DNA from: an uncultured Lachnospiraceae bacterium | GTDB taxonomy: Bacteria; Bacillota; Clostridia; Lachnospirales; Lachnospiraceae | NCBI GenBank assembly: GCA_946620235.1 | Contig: CAMONC010000001.1 | Location: 414 to 64,413, forward strand | DNA: 64,000 nt | Reading direction: 5' to 3' | In this document: one piece after another, positions 55,701-64,000 of the stretch | How the letters are laid out: each line of letters opens with the position of its first letter | Position numbering within the stretch: position 1 is the stretch's first letter | Made by a program: the position numbers and the translations under genes | The notes under the pieces: generated by a model | What the model was told of the DNA's origin: nothing | Database searches by the model: none | What the model saw: the letters and a program-made list of their open reading frames with translations, nothing else

Positions 55701-58700
55701 CGTCGGCAAACGAGAGCAGTTTCTTTCTGACATTGTCTATCGTCATGTCATTGGCGGGCAGAGAATCCACGATCTGCTGGTTGTTCTTGCCGTAATTCAC
55801 GTAAGCCGCATTTATGGATGTATATCCGTTCGCCAGTCGGTCCATATCCCTCTCGCCGTAGCGGAGTCTCTTGGCAGATATAGCCTGGGCGAACTGCATT
55901 GCCTTATTATATGCCGTTACTGAGAAGGTGAAACCCTCGGGATCGAGGATGTTGTTCTTGCCGTAATTGATCAGCTTATACAGAGCTTCCCTGTAGTCGA
56001 CATGTACATCAAGAATTCCGCCCGCCACGTAATTGTGGATCTGCGTGGTGAGCTGGGAATTCTCTTTTGCTTTGGCATCCTTAGGTGCAAGCAGTGATGC
56101 GGTACCTGAGGTACCCATGCCTATCGCACCCTTATCCATCATCATCAGCGCGATAATGAACAGCTTCTTCTGGTCTTCATCAAGTTTCTCATACTTATTC
56201 AGTCTGCCGTTAAACAGCAGTTCCCCATGCTTTATGGTTTCGGATATATCCTTTTCGGATATCTTCGTTCCCACACGGTTCTGTGAAGCCTTTTTATACT
56301 CCTCGCTGGATATGGAGTTCTTTGAGAATTCTATATGTTCACGGTTGGTCTTGTCAGAATAGAATTCGGTTACGGCTTCATTCCAGTCTTTGGCTACGAA
56401 CTTGTCACCGGAGGCGATCTCACCGATGATCGTATTCATGTAGTACTCTCTGAGCGCATCCACCTGCCTGTCTATATAGAGCTCGGACAGGCCGGCACCC
56501 TTATAGTGCCTCTCAACTCTCTTTCTAATGCATTCCGCTGCCTGTGCGGAATATTTGATATACTTCGTGGCTCTGTCAAGCAGCTCACCGAGATCCTCAC
56601 TCTTGGAGCCCACACCGGTCATAAAGATCGTACGCAGATCGGATGCGATCTCCATGCGTTCTCTCTCCAGAGAAGGCTCATCAATTTCAATACTCTCAAA
56701 TGCACGGAGCTTCTTATAATCCTCTCTGAACTTCTTATAATCCGAAGTGGTACGCAGTTCTGCCACATCAGGTCCTTTGGCATTTTCGAAGAGTTTCCTG
56801 CCCGTCTTTGAGCTGTAGTTTTTGACTATGAACATCTGAGCTTCTTCTTCACTCATCGCAGGATCGTCTTTTTTCTCCTGCCTCAGGAAGTCATACATCT
56901 TCGCCATAGAGAAGGCATGCTTATACAGAGTGCCCGACCACCATCTGGTCCCTGTCAGACGCTCTTTTACATTCTGGGATGCGCCTTCTTCCACCAGCGC
57001 ATCCTCGAGCACCTGAGGAAGCTGAAGATCACCGCAGTACTCTTTGATCAGCCCGCGCATCTTATCCGCAAGCGCAGTGTCGAGAGATACGGACTTATCA
57101 CCTCTGGCCTTGACTCTGATCAGAGACTTGCCGGTACGTACGCTGGTTATGACAGCCTTATCGATCCCCAGATAATTGCTTCTGGAAACACGTCCCCTGT
57201 TCTTCTCTTTCTGGATCTTCTCTATCTTCTCGTGCTCTGCGACATCAGGCTGGATGTTATAGAACGAGTCACCGTCATCGAGGATCTTTTTTATCGTTTC
57301 ATCATCCTTGAGTTCATCTTCCTTAACCTTGGAACGAATGATCTCAAGCTGCTCCTTTGCATACTGCTTGACCACCTTGGCATCAAACAGTTTGAGCATT
57401 CCATCGGGATCCTTTGCCATTTCATAGATGGAAGCTACCACGGCGAGCTTTAAGTTGACTGCGAGACCGCCCTTAATGCCTGCTTTGGACAGTTCCTTGT
57501 CCACGACCTTTTCTGCCGCTTTGATATTATCCGCAGCTGAGTTTAATCCGTCGGGTCTTACCTTCAGGACCTTGGCCGAGTAGCCTTTAAGCTGATCAGA
57601 GAAATACTCGGCGTTACCGGATATCGCTCCCTGATAGATCTCTCTCAGATAAGAATATGCATACGACTTACGGATTGCCTCGGGTACGGAATACTGCTCC
57701 TCATTCATGGCTTCCGCAAGTGCGCCGAATTTCTCCTCAAGTTCCTCATTAAGGAACTTATCAAACTTCGATTCATCATCGCTCATCAGGATGAGGCGTA
57801 CCTCAGGTACTCCCACGAGAAGATCGGCTATGGACTTATACTTGGAGTTATACAGCTTACCAACCTGATCGAGGCGATCATTGAATCTCTCTCTGGCGAT
57901 CCGTGCTTCCTCGGGCTCCCCGCCGTCCTTGAATCTCTCGGCATATGCCTCGATCGCAGACAGGGCCTCACTCCAGTCATTGACTCCGTATCGCTCCAGA
58001 TTGATCCTCCTGAAGCGGAATTTGACATCATCATTCATATCATCATCGATGTCATGTAATCCCATCATCATGAGTTTGAAACGCTCTATGACCACCTTCA
58101 TCTCAGGCACACTTAAGCCATGTGTTCTGAGGGCATTCTTAAGTTCTGCCGTGCGTTCTTCCAGACGCCTGGCTTCTCTCTCTTCAGCAACTTTCAGCTG
58201 CTTATCCCTGCCTTTATAGACGGCATCAAGTTTCCTGTAAGGCATGCTGGCATCCAGCGATCCGCCGAAGAGATGGAACATAAACCTGTTCTCCATCGTA
58301 CCCTGCATGCTGTCTATGATCTTCTTCTCGGCCTTAACCTTACGAAGAATCGCAGGGGCCTTCTGAGCGTCCTTGAAATCACGCTTGCTCAAGAACTCAC
58401 GACGGGACATCTTGTCTCCCGTCATCTGGGCAGACATGGTGTTGGTGACCATTTCGGTAAATATCTTGCTGTCGTATTCACCGCATTTGGATCTGAGTTT
58501 CTCGAGAACCTCCCACTGCTCCTGAGTCAGCATGGTGGACTTGTCATCCGCCTTTTTCAGGAATGTTTTGGTGTTGGCTTCGGAGTTCTTGGCATACTTC
58601 TTGATGGCATCGGTTCCTGCCAGATATTTCTCCAGATAGTTCTTCGGATCACCACCGGAGACTGTCTTAACGAAATGATCCCTGCATGATAAGTCAAGTT

Positions 58701-60075
58701 TCAGACCTTTCATGGTATTGAGGATCGCATTCTCGATATGATATTCAAGAGGTGCAATATAACGTATCATGGAGAAGAAACGGTCACACTGGTCCGTGAT
58801 CTGTGTTTCGGTACCGAATATTCTCAGAGCTCCCAGATTTCTGATAAGCTTGGCGGCGATCGCGTCTCTCGTAGCCACAGAGAACCTGGTCTCCAGCTGC
58901 TGCCTGAGCAACTCGTCGGTCTCCATCTGCCTCTCCTTGAGGTTGGCTATACGTTCATCGAACTCGTCATCATCGGATTCGTCTATGAGCTGTTTCATGA
59001 TCGGATACTCATACAGTTCCGATATATCCAGCGGGATATGCAGTTCTTTGGAGAACTTCTTTGCTCTCCTGGATGTCCGCTCTATATAATCCTTATTCGT
59101 ATTCGCATAGTCATCCATCAGAGTCAGCGCTTTATCCGCGATCTCCTGAGGCTTAAGCGTAAACATCGCATCTTCGCCCAGACCCGCTATGACATACTGC
59201 ATGAGAGAGTTACGGACCCAGGGGGTATCCGATGTCAGTTTGCTCTTCTTATCAACCAGCAGGCTTATGGTCATCCTGTTCGCCAGCATGCGGTTATTAT
59301 GATCCTCTATGAAGGCGATGAAGTCATCTTTATTCTTGAGTTCATCCATTGTCGAGCCGTCGAGGAGCTGCCTGATAGTCTCTGAATAGCCGCCGACGAT
59401 CCATTTCTTGGCCAGTTCGGTACGTTCCTTTTCACCCATCTTAGGGCCGTACTCTCCCGTAGAAGCGATATTTACCATTTCTTCGGTAGCCTGCTTGATG
59501 CGGAAATTCTCCTCACGCTGCTCGATCTCTTCGGGGGAGAGATTCTGCTGTCTGTACTCCAGCATACGTGCCTTCTCCGGAGTCAGAGAGGCCTTGTATT
59601 CTTCTATCTGGTTATTGAGCTTCCCGAGGATGGCTCCGATACGTCTGACGATCTGTATTCTGCGCTCACCCTTACCGGTCCAGTGGAATCCGTCACGGGT
59701 ATAGAGATAATGACTGACATGCATTCGGGCATTATAGAATGTCTCGAAGAAATCGGCGGTAAGCTTCTTATTCTCTACCTCATACTGGCCGCCCGTTGTA
59801 GCCAGCGTGATAAGGTCATTCACGGAGTTATACATATTCATGAATGTATCGGATTTAGAACCTGTATCATTGGCAAGCTCATCACGAAGCTGCTTAATGT
59901 CGTATTTGTTATATTCAGCATAAGAAGCGGCATTCTTACCGGTTCCCTCGGAAGTAAATGTCGCTTTGTCCACCATCATCCATGCCGGATTCTGGATCTC
60001 TTCATAGGTGGGCTGCTCCACCTGAAGCTCTACCTGTTTTTTCTTCTTTAACTGTTCTTCTTGCTCTCTACCCAT
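52747..60075 (-). CDS. Giant helical candidate effector (~2440 aa)
   Basis: Uninterrupted 7.3-kb ORF; AAGGAGA RBS before the ATG at 60075; no signal peptide; internal ~200-aa repeats; amphipathic C-terminus. Confidence 0.65.
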   Translation of the reverse strand: MGREQEEQLKKKKQVELQVEQPTYEEIQNPAWMMVDKATFTSEGTGKNAASYAEYNKYDIKQLRDELANDTGSKSDTFMNMYNSVNDLITLATTGGQYEVENKKLTADFFETFYNARMHVSHYLYTRDGFHWTGKGERRIQIVRRIGAILGKLNNQIEEYKASLTPEKARMLEYRQQNLSPEEIEQREENFRIKQATEEMVNIASTGEYGPKMGEKERTELAKKWIVGGYSETIRQLLDGSTMDELKNKDDFIAFIEDHNNRMLANRMTISLLVDKKSKLTSDTPWVRNSLMQYVIAGLGEDAMFTLKPQEIADKALTLMDDYANTNKDYIERTSRRAKKFSKELHIPLDISELYEYPIMKQLIDESDDDEFDERIANLKERQMETDELLRQQLETRFSVATRDAIAAKLIRNLGALRIFGTETQITDQCDRFFSMIRYIAPLEYHIENAILNTMKGLKLDLSCRDHFVKTVSGGDPKNYLEKYLAGTDAIKKYAKNSEANTKTFLKKADDKSTMLTQEQWEVLEKLRSKCGEYDSKIFTEMVTNTMSAQMTGDKMSRREFLSKRDFKDAQKAPAILRKVKAEKKIIDSMQGTMENRFMFHLFGGSLDASMPYRKLDAVYKGRDKQLKVAEEREARRLEERTAELKNALRTHGLSVPEMKVVIERFKLMMMGLHDIDDDMNDDVKFRFRRINLERYGVNDWSEALSAIEAYAERFKDGGEPEEARIARERFNDRLDQVGKLYNSKYKSIADLLVGVPEVRLILMSDDESKFDKFLNEELEEKFGALAEAMNEEQYSVPEAIRKSYAYSYLREIYQGAISGNAEYFSDQLKGYSAKVLKVRPDGLNSAADNIKAAEKVVDKELSKAGIKGGLAVNLKLAVVASIYEMAKDPDGMLKLFDAKVVKQYAKEQLEIIRSKVKEDELKDDETIKKILDDGDSFYNIQPDVAEHEKIEKIQKEKNRGRVSRSNYLGIDKAVITSVRTGKSLIRVKARGDKSVSLDTALADKMRGLIKEYCGDLQLPQVLEDALVEEGASQNVKERLTGTRWWSGTLYKHAFSMAKMYDFLRQEKKDDPAMSEEEAQMFIVKNYSSKTGRKLFENAKGPDVAELRTTSDYKKFREDYKKLRAFESIEIDEPSLERERMEIASDLRTIFMTGVGSKSEDLGELLDRATKYIKYSAQAAECIRKRVERHYKGAGLSELYIDRQVDALREYYMNTIIGEIASGDKFVAKDWNEAVTEFYSDKTNREHIEFSKNSISSEEYKKASQNRVGTKISEKDISETIKHGELLFNGRLNKYEKLDEDQKKLFIIALMMMDKGAIGMGTSGTASLLAPKDAKAKENSQLTTQIHNYVAGGILDVHVDYREALYKLINYGKNNILDPEGFTFSVTAYNKAMQFAQAISAKRLRYGERDMDRLANGYTSINAAYVNYGKNNQQIVDSLPANDMTIDNVRKKLLSFADGDIVSRKDIAKKMLKAGVGSINQYRAVDRILAQNLRMAKIKKRLNKLSDTDLKVFTRLMQERTIFDTSSLDDGTGVKKVIDQEKRDALVEALSSDTKIRSEVLEGFDDPESCKQALTTALSFKLRDDLVLKGKTLTKGCFDSESFNRRTLVDWTLVEQALDLMDSIAEKKLAAHAMSHAVDYIAFSGNKAAVDEYVKLRDKYSKEKDKFKQDNFEQLIKEQAEKDDSEDITRAISGYHALTAQEKNLFFKVLARRDFLDISRINYKSSYMGWAEREFANKAGRDALIDEYIDSSLEGNIGIQLDDQAYYNAMATLFTTQVSDRTNFSKNNDLTKIFANERQLFRGRATAVDWKLFKRALQFVNRASEELEFAEGNAQLYRGAGELSKNGHINMNYSFLRKNIHRTGNHWARTITRIFAKTGKDIIGGYKITGDVTLDKIINIAGDAANTVDDIAKFMFNKDGLVCKGSAWLKRNVGDLKGKYKKLGENPTEYNISELGVKQKEKTAEEKAKEREEEAQRRAQLDYVDHLKEGMDNIIAQAKSAEAAFKEVADYLKTNVVANSDKLKWFREVKGVSAGQNADNLVVQETKNAPVDNSYGDWRDTAKKVEKTGSDVAKIGSDVYDIAKSLPRVGDGLKDIETLFKNSTQKIAYKFLNDALIHNTIDLTPKTDADGNTVEPDELALYKQNAENYAKETFTSILNATIGEENAQKLLEKEHYLYSIKNTVTETMSSVITGIGYVKRCADHAKNIALCAENIGAIKLGSKNAAKMRAEDEAKLSKAAQDRLSPEQAAIVEKIVSKHRALKGVAEDVVTAVQAFNISEDVINMAIDAATTAGAKLGVGSEAIAKAVKGGLEFVMYAARLATDRVALNDYFKETEAGKAVVDKIMKGFDKTGSKSLKNASKLNLVDIISDAKGYEHTSELIEYTGMTVAQSIVFSASNYNPLAETRLMAITVMNVLGLEKEIGDTSAATVEKVFKGFKMSR

Positions 60076-60112
60076 GATTTGTCTCCTTGTCGCCAAACAC
60101 AGTACCTGTATT

Positions 60113-60922
60113 TTATCCGTCCATCAGTTCATTGAAACGCCTGCTTAAGTCCGCCTCACCGAGTGTGGCCCAGGCGTATTGATTCATATATTCGCCCCTG
60201 TAGGTACTGACGGCGTTTATATCCCCCGCAAGAAATCTGTACAGATCACAGTCTATCAGTTCGGGGCGTATACGCATGGTGGATTTCTTGAGTTCGAATA
60301 TATCGCCGATACCGTGATCCTTCAGGGTGGAACGCAGGCTCCTGATGATCACATCAAGCTGTTTCTGCATCGAGTAGTCGTACTCACCGTCTTCCCACAG
60401 TACCGAAAATGCCTCCACACGCTTAATGCTCGCGCCGTTCCTGTCCACCAGATAAGCAAGGAGTTCTTTCGCCTTGGACCGTCCGAAAGACACGGTCTCG
60501 CCGTCCACCATGATGTCAAAGTTACCGAAAGTCCTGACCGTAATATGGGCAGACGGCAGTGTGCGCGCACCCGCAACGCTGTACTCGATCTCTTCGGTGA
60601 GTCGCTCTATGCTGACCGGCTTCATCAGATATCCGGACGCATGCAAGGCAAAAGCCTCAACCGCATATTCCGCATATGCCGTCAGAAATATGACGGCGCA
60701 TGAAGGTTGAACATTCTTGAGTTTTGCAGCCAAAGCTATTCCGTTCATCTCCGGCATGTCTATATCGAGCAGCGCTATATCCACAGGATTGTTGCGTGCG
60801 TATTCCAGCGCGTCCAGCGGATTGGTGAATCCCTGAACTTCATTGATCACTTTGATCTGCTTAAGCTGCGACATCGTATGATCCAGGATCAGTGCAGCAT
60901 CATCCACACATATCGCCTTCAT
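60113..60922 (-). CDS. Response regulator, REC plus SARP-like (winged-helix, partial BTAD) output
   Basis: ICVDD, LLDIDMP, FLTAY, YLMKP; FGNFDI...SKAKELLAYLVD...LW...LRSTL...CDLYRF...YRGEYM. Confidence 0.9.
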   Translation of the reverse strand: MKAICVDDAALILDHTMSQLKQIKVINEVQGFTNPLDALEYARNNPVDIALLDIDMPEMNGIALAAKLKNVQPSCAVIFLTAYAEYAVEAFALHASGYLMKPVSIERLTEEIEYSVAGARTLPSAHITVRTFGNFDIMVDGETVSFGRSKAKELLAYLVDRNGASIKRVEAFSVLWEDGEYDYSMQKQLDVIIRSLRSTLKDHGIGDIFELKKSTMRIRPELIDCDLYRFLAGDINAVSTYRGEYMNQYAWATLGEADLSRRFNELMDG

Positions 60923-60938
60923 CCGTATCCCTGTATGC

Positions 60939-63311
60939 TCAATGAATCCTTATATCTGTCAGAGCGACCAGATCTCCCGTGACAGCTACCAGTATGTCCC
61001 CCTTCAGATCAGGATCCCTGACATATGTGTTATTCTCTATCCTGATACCGTGATTTTCGGTGAAGGTGGTGACTTTATTACCCGATCTGCCGAACGTAAC
61101 GCTGACCTCATATCCGCGCTGGTTGATCTCTTTCCAGTCATCCCAGTTTGTAAACTTATCCCCTCTGACCGAATACCTGTCGTTCTCGGAGTATATGCCG
61201 TCATCTCTTATCTCACCGTCCAGCCTGATCAATGCATATTCCCGGTAATCTTCACCGTATATCTTCCCGTCCGATGCACTGAAGATGATTATATACGGAC
61301 AGTGCCATACCAGATTGGCAGACGGCAGACTCATGGTATGGAAATCTATGGTAAGTCCTTCTTTCACAGGGATACCCTGTGTTGCAGCAGTACGATATCC
61401 GTCCACCTGGACATTGGGTACGTCACTCTCAAGCCGGTCGATATAGCTGACCTCGTCGGCTATACGCTCTATCGCATCGTCCTCGGCTATCGGACCGTTG
61501 CTCAGGATGTCTATATCATAGATATGGCAGTTTTCTCCGGTCAGTCCGACATAAGCGTATCTCGAATTGTCCTGAAGAGCGGCTATGACCTCGGTCATTT
61601 TGCCGGCGTATCTCAATCTGATCCGGATATGATCCCCCGCCTTTACAGATTCTATCTCATAGATACCGTCGTCATCGGATTCCGTCTCGGTGACCGTGGT
61701 CTTCATATTTCTGGCCGAAACGTTGTTCGCATGCCCGTCGAACCACAATTCCCCGTATTCGACATATCTGGTCTCCTCTACGGCCCTTACGGTATCATGC
61801 ACACGTCTGTCCTGTGAATCAAAAAGGATGACCGCCGGAGCCGAGAACCCTTCATCCGATCCGAGTGTGGATTCGCACCTGAACCGTATCAGGGTGACCT
61901 CTGTTGATATCCTGATACCGTATGAGACCGTGCTGCGGTATTCTTCACAGCTAAACTCATCATGGAGAAGTGCATCCACATATTCATTTTCGGTCTTCAT
62001 CTGATAGCCCGGATCTTCATCGATCATCTGAACCATGAGGCGCGCGTATTTGGGATCAAAAGCACTGCCGGCTTCCCTGACGAAGGCCTCGCGGACCATA
62101 TCCTGAGGAAGAGGATCACGATAGTTGTTGGAGGTGGTCATCAAATCATAAGCATCCGCGACGGCCACGATCCTTGCCGGCTCGGGTATGGCCTCACCGG
62201 ACAGTCCCTCCGGATAACCCTTGCCGTCATATCGCTCGTGAGAATACTGTGCTCCCATACCGATGCCGGGAAAATCCGAGATCGAAAGCAGTATCTGCCC
62301 GCCTATGACAGGCTCCTTCTTCACTTCCTCCAGTTCCTCATCCGTCAGATCCTCCAGCTTGTCCAGGATGCTGTCCGGTGTCTGTATCTTGCCCACATCA
62401 TGCAGCAGGGCGCAATAGTATACTTCCTCGCATTTGCTCTCATTCATGCCCCCGAGCCTGGCCAGCCTCACAGCATAATCCGCCACCCTCTCCGAGTGTC
62501 CGGCTGAATGCAGGCCCCTCTCATCCACGGCATTTACAAATGCTTTGGCCGTCTGAGTAAACAGCCTGTTCATAGTGTCCTGGTTCTCTTTCAGGCTATC
62601 TATCTCCAGGCGCTGGGCATGCTCGAGTCTCTCATTTAAGTCAAAGTATGAAAATATATATGAGGTTATGGCCACGAAGACCATAGCGATATTGACCAGG
62701 GACAGTCCGTATGCGGCTATCTGTATGAGAGCTGCGACGATGGGGGCTATGACGAATACCTGGAGAGAGATAAGGATCCATCTGCTGAACAGTTTACGAT
62801 ACTGCATGATCACGGAAAGCAGGACAAGAGGCCCGAGCACCGGTATTATATAGGCGATAAGGAATCCCTTACCTCTGTGATATACGTTATTCTCATCAAA
62901 ATAATAATACAGTCCGATGAACTGCGACAGGATCACAAGAGCCATCTCGACGACCGATGCCCATGCAACGATCCTGACCCTGACCGGCAGCACGCTCATC
63001 CTGCCTTCATCAAGCATCAGGTCGGCCAGATACAGCGAAAAGGCAAGCACCATGCCTGCGGTCATGAAAAAAACCACAAAATTGGATACTCTGACCATCA
63101 CGTATCCCAGTGTACTCACATCGCCGGAATAGATATAGGCCATACGGTCAAAGCTTATCAGCATCAGTGCATTGAAAACCAGAAGGATAAGTATGAATCT
63201 CCTCCTTCGTTTTATCGCTCTGGTAAACAGCAGCAGCAGGATCAGGATCACGCATGTGCCGCTTAGAACCAGCATGAAATCAAGTTGGTAGGTTGCCAGT
63301 AATTTCATCAT
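60939..63311 (-). CDS. Membrane (7-TM) HD-GYP phosphodiesterase with duplicated C-terminal beta domain
   Basis: GHSERVA, LLHDVGKI, HERYDGKGYP, ARIVAVADAYD, FDP; start moved to MMKLL to avoid overlap with the upstream gene. Confidence 0.9.
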   Translation of the reverse strand: MMKLLATYQLDFMLVLSGTCVILILLLLFTRAIKRRRRFILILLVFNALMLISFDRMAYIYSGDVSTLGYVMVRVSNFVVFFMTAGMVLAFSLYLADLMLDEGRMSVLPVRVRIVAWASVVEMALVILSQFIGLYYYFDENNVYHRGKGFLIAYIIPVLGPLVLLSVIMQYRKLFSRWILISLQVFVIAPIVAALIQIAAYGLSLVNIAMVFVAITSYIFSYFDLNERLEHAQRLEIDSLKENQDTMNRLFTQTAKAFVNAVDERGLHSAGHSERVADYAVRLARLGGMNESKCEEVYYCALLHDVGKIQTPDSILDKLEDLTDEELEEVKKEPVIGGQILLSISDFPGIGMGAQYSHERYDGKGYPEGLSGEAIPEPARIVAVADAYDLMTTSNNYRDPLPQDMVREAFVREAGSAFDPKYARLMVQMIDEDPGYQMKTENEYVDALLHDEFSCEEYRSTVSYGIRISTEVTLIRFRCESTLGSDEGFSAPAVILFDSQDRRVHDTVRAVEETRYVEYGELWFDGHANNVSARNMKTTVTETESDDDGIYEIESVKAGDHIRIRLRYAGKMTEVIAALQDNSRYAYVGLTGENCHIYDIDILSNGPIAEDDAIERIADEVSYIDRLESDVPNVQVDGYRTAATQGIPVKEGLTIDFHTMSLPSANLVWHCPYIIIFSASDGKIYGEDYREYALIRLDGEIRDDGIYSENDRYSVRGDKFTNWDDWKEINQRGYEVSVTFGRSGNKVTTFTENHGIRIENNTYVRDPDLKGDILVAVTGDLVALTDIRIH

Positions 63312-63330
63312 CTGTATTACCCCGGTCAGA

Positions 63331-64000
63331 TTACAGACCCAATAATTTCTCCATTCCGTCCCAATCCAGTGCCTTAAGGCATTTCTCCAATTCGACAAAT
63401 ACATTGTTGTCCTGATCGGGCAGACGGTATTCACGCACGCCGGATATGATCATCTCCACGGCATCGTAATCCATCTGCGGAACCACTTCCTTAAGAGCTT
63501 CATACGCTTCGGCCAGTTCCTTATCCGGGATCATATCTCGCAGGTCGTTTTCCGTATCTGCTTCACGCAGGCGTGAAAGCTTCTTTTCATATGCACGGTA
63601 ATCATTCAGGAGTTCATCCGTGTGTTCGCGGATGAATGCGATATTCTCTTTCTTGCCTGCATCTTCCAGAGACTCCGCCAGAGCCGCCAATCCCGTTGCT
63701 CCCACTATACGTGCGGATGTCTTAAGCGCATGCACCTTGATCGTGTACAGATCATAGTCCTTCGCCTCATACGCATCCTGTATGATCCCTGCATTGTGAT
63801 CGATCGTATCGAGGAAGTCCGTAAGGCTGTGGATATACGTCACTATACCACCGGACCAGTGGATACCCTCATCGGCATCGATACCGTCCACATCCCTGAT
63901 CCAGAGCTTATCATCCGGCAGTTCGGACAGTTCCTCAGCTTTGTCAGCCGCAGCCGGTTTCATCATCATATCGGCAGGGATATGCCGCATGATGGTTTCC
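63331..64000 (-). CDS. C-terminal part of an HPt-domain protein (probably a hybrid sensor kinase), truncated by the window edge
   Basis: GIDADEGI...YTIKVHALKTSARIVGA..LA.LA..LE.AG HPt motif; frame open to the window end. Confidence 0.85.
   Translation of the reverse strand, partial: ETIMRHIPADMMMKPAAADKAEELSELPDDKLWIRDVDGIDADEGIHWSGGIVTYIHSLTDFLDTIDHNAGIIQDAYEAKDYDLYTIKVHALKTSARIVGATGLAALAESLEDAGKKENIAFIREHTDELLNDYRAYEKKLSRLREADTENDLRDMIPDKELAEAYEALKEVVPQMDYDAVEMIISGVREYRLPDQDNNVFVELEKCLKALDWDGMEKLLGL

Noticed and set aside
63312-63434. Extended N-terminus of the HD-GYP ORF given in the ORF track
   Set aside because: Overlaps the HPt gene by about 100 nt; the ATG at 63311 gives a normal gap and a direct start into the TM region
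1-64000. tRNA, rRNA, IS elements or transposases
   Set aside because: None recognised; the window is almost entirely protein-coding with very short intergenic gaps

Overview
Every credible gene in this window lies on the minus strand, and the gene content suggests a Clostridia (probably Lachnospiraceae-like) genome, which is an inference. The left 36 kb (35934->77) is one tightly packed run of 29 genes encoding an Afp/PVC-type contractile injection system (CIS). It includes a Pvc16/DUF4255 terminator, a DUF4280 PAAR-like tip, sheath, tube, tail-assembly chaperones, tube initiators, a split VgrG, gp25, two baseplate-J proteins, a P2 gpI-like protein and a Pvc15-like AAA+ ATPase. No capsid, terminase, integrase or lysis genes are visible. 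Interleaved with the structural genes is an unusual set of envelope and signalling genes: a TolC-like protein, a MORN membrane protein, a large exported protein, a pseudo-cyclase, a pseudo-kinase, an orphan FtsE-like ATPase, a STAS protein, an H-box-less kinase and an SH3b protein. I read these as a possible membrane anchor and control module for a cell-attached, T6SS-like machine in a monoderm. Upstream (36-60 kb) are three giant candidate cargo proteins (2170, 1167 and ~2440 aa; one has a papain-like triad and an Ntox11-like C-terminus), together with a CesT/YbjN-like chaperone, two GNATs, a lipoprotein, a PP2C phosphatase and an acyltransferase. A SARP-type response regulator, an HD-GYP protein and an HPt protein close the window. 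At the sequence level I found a canonical -1 slippery heptamer joining the two tail-chaperone ORFs, and an identical 19-bp direct-repeat box at both ends of the CIS operon. All family calls come from motif recognition by eye; no searches were run.
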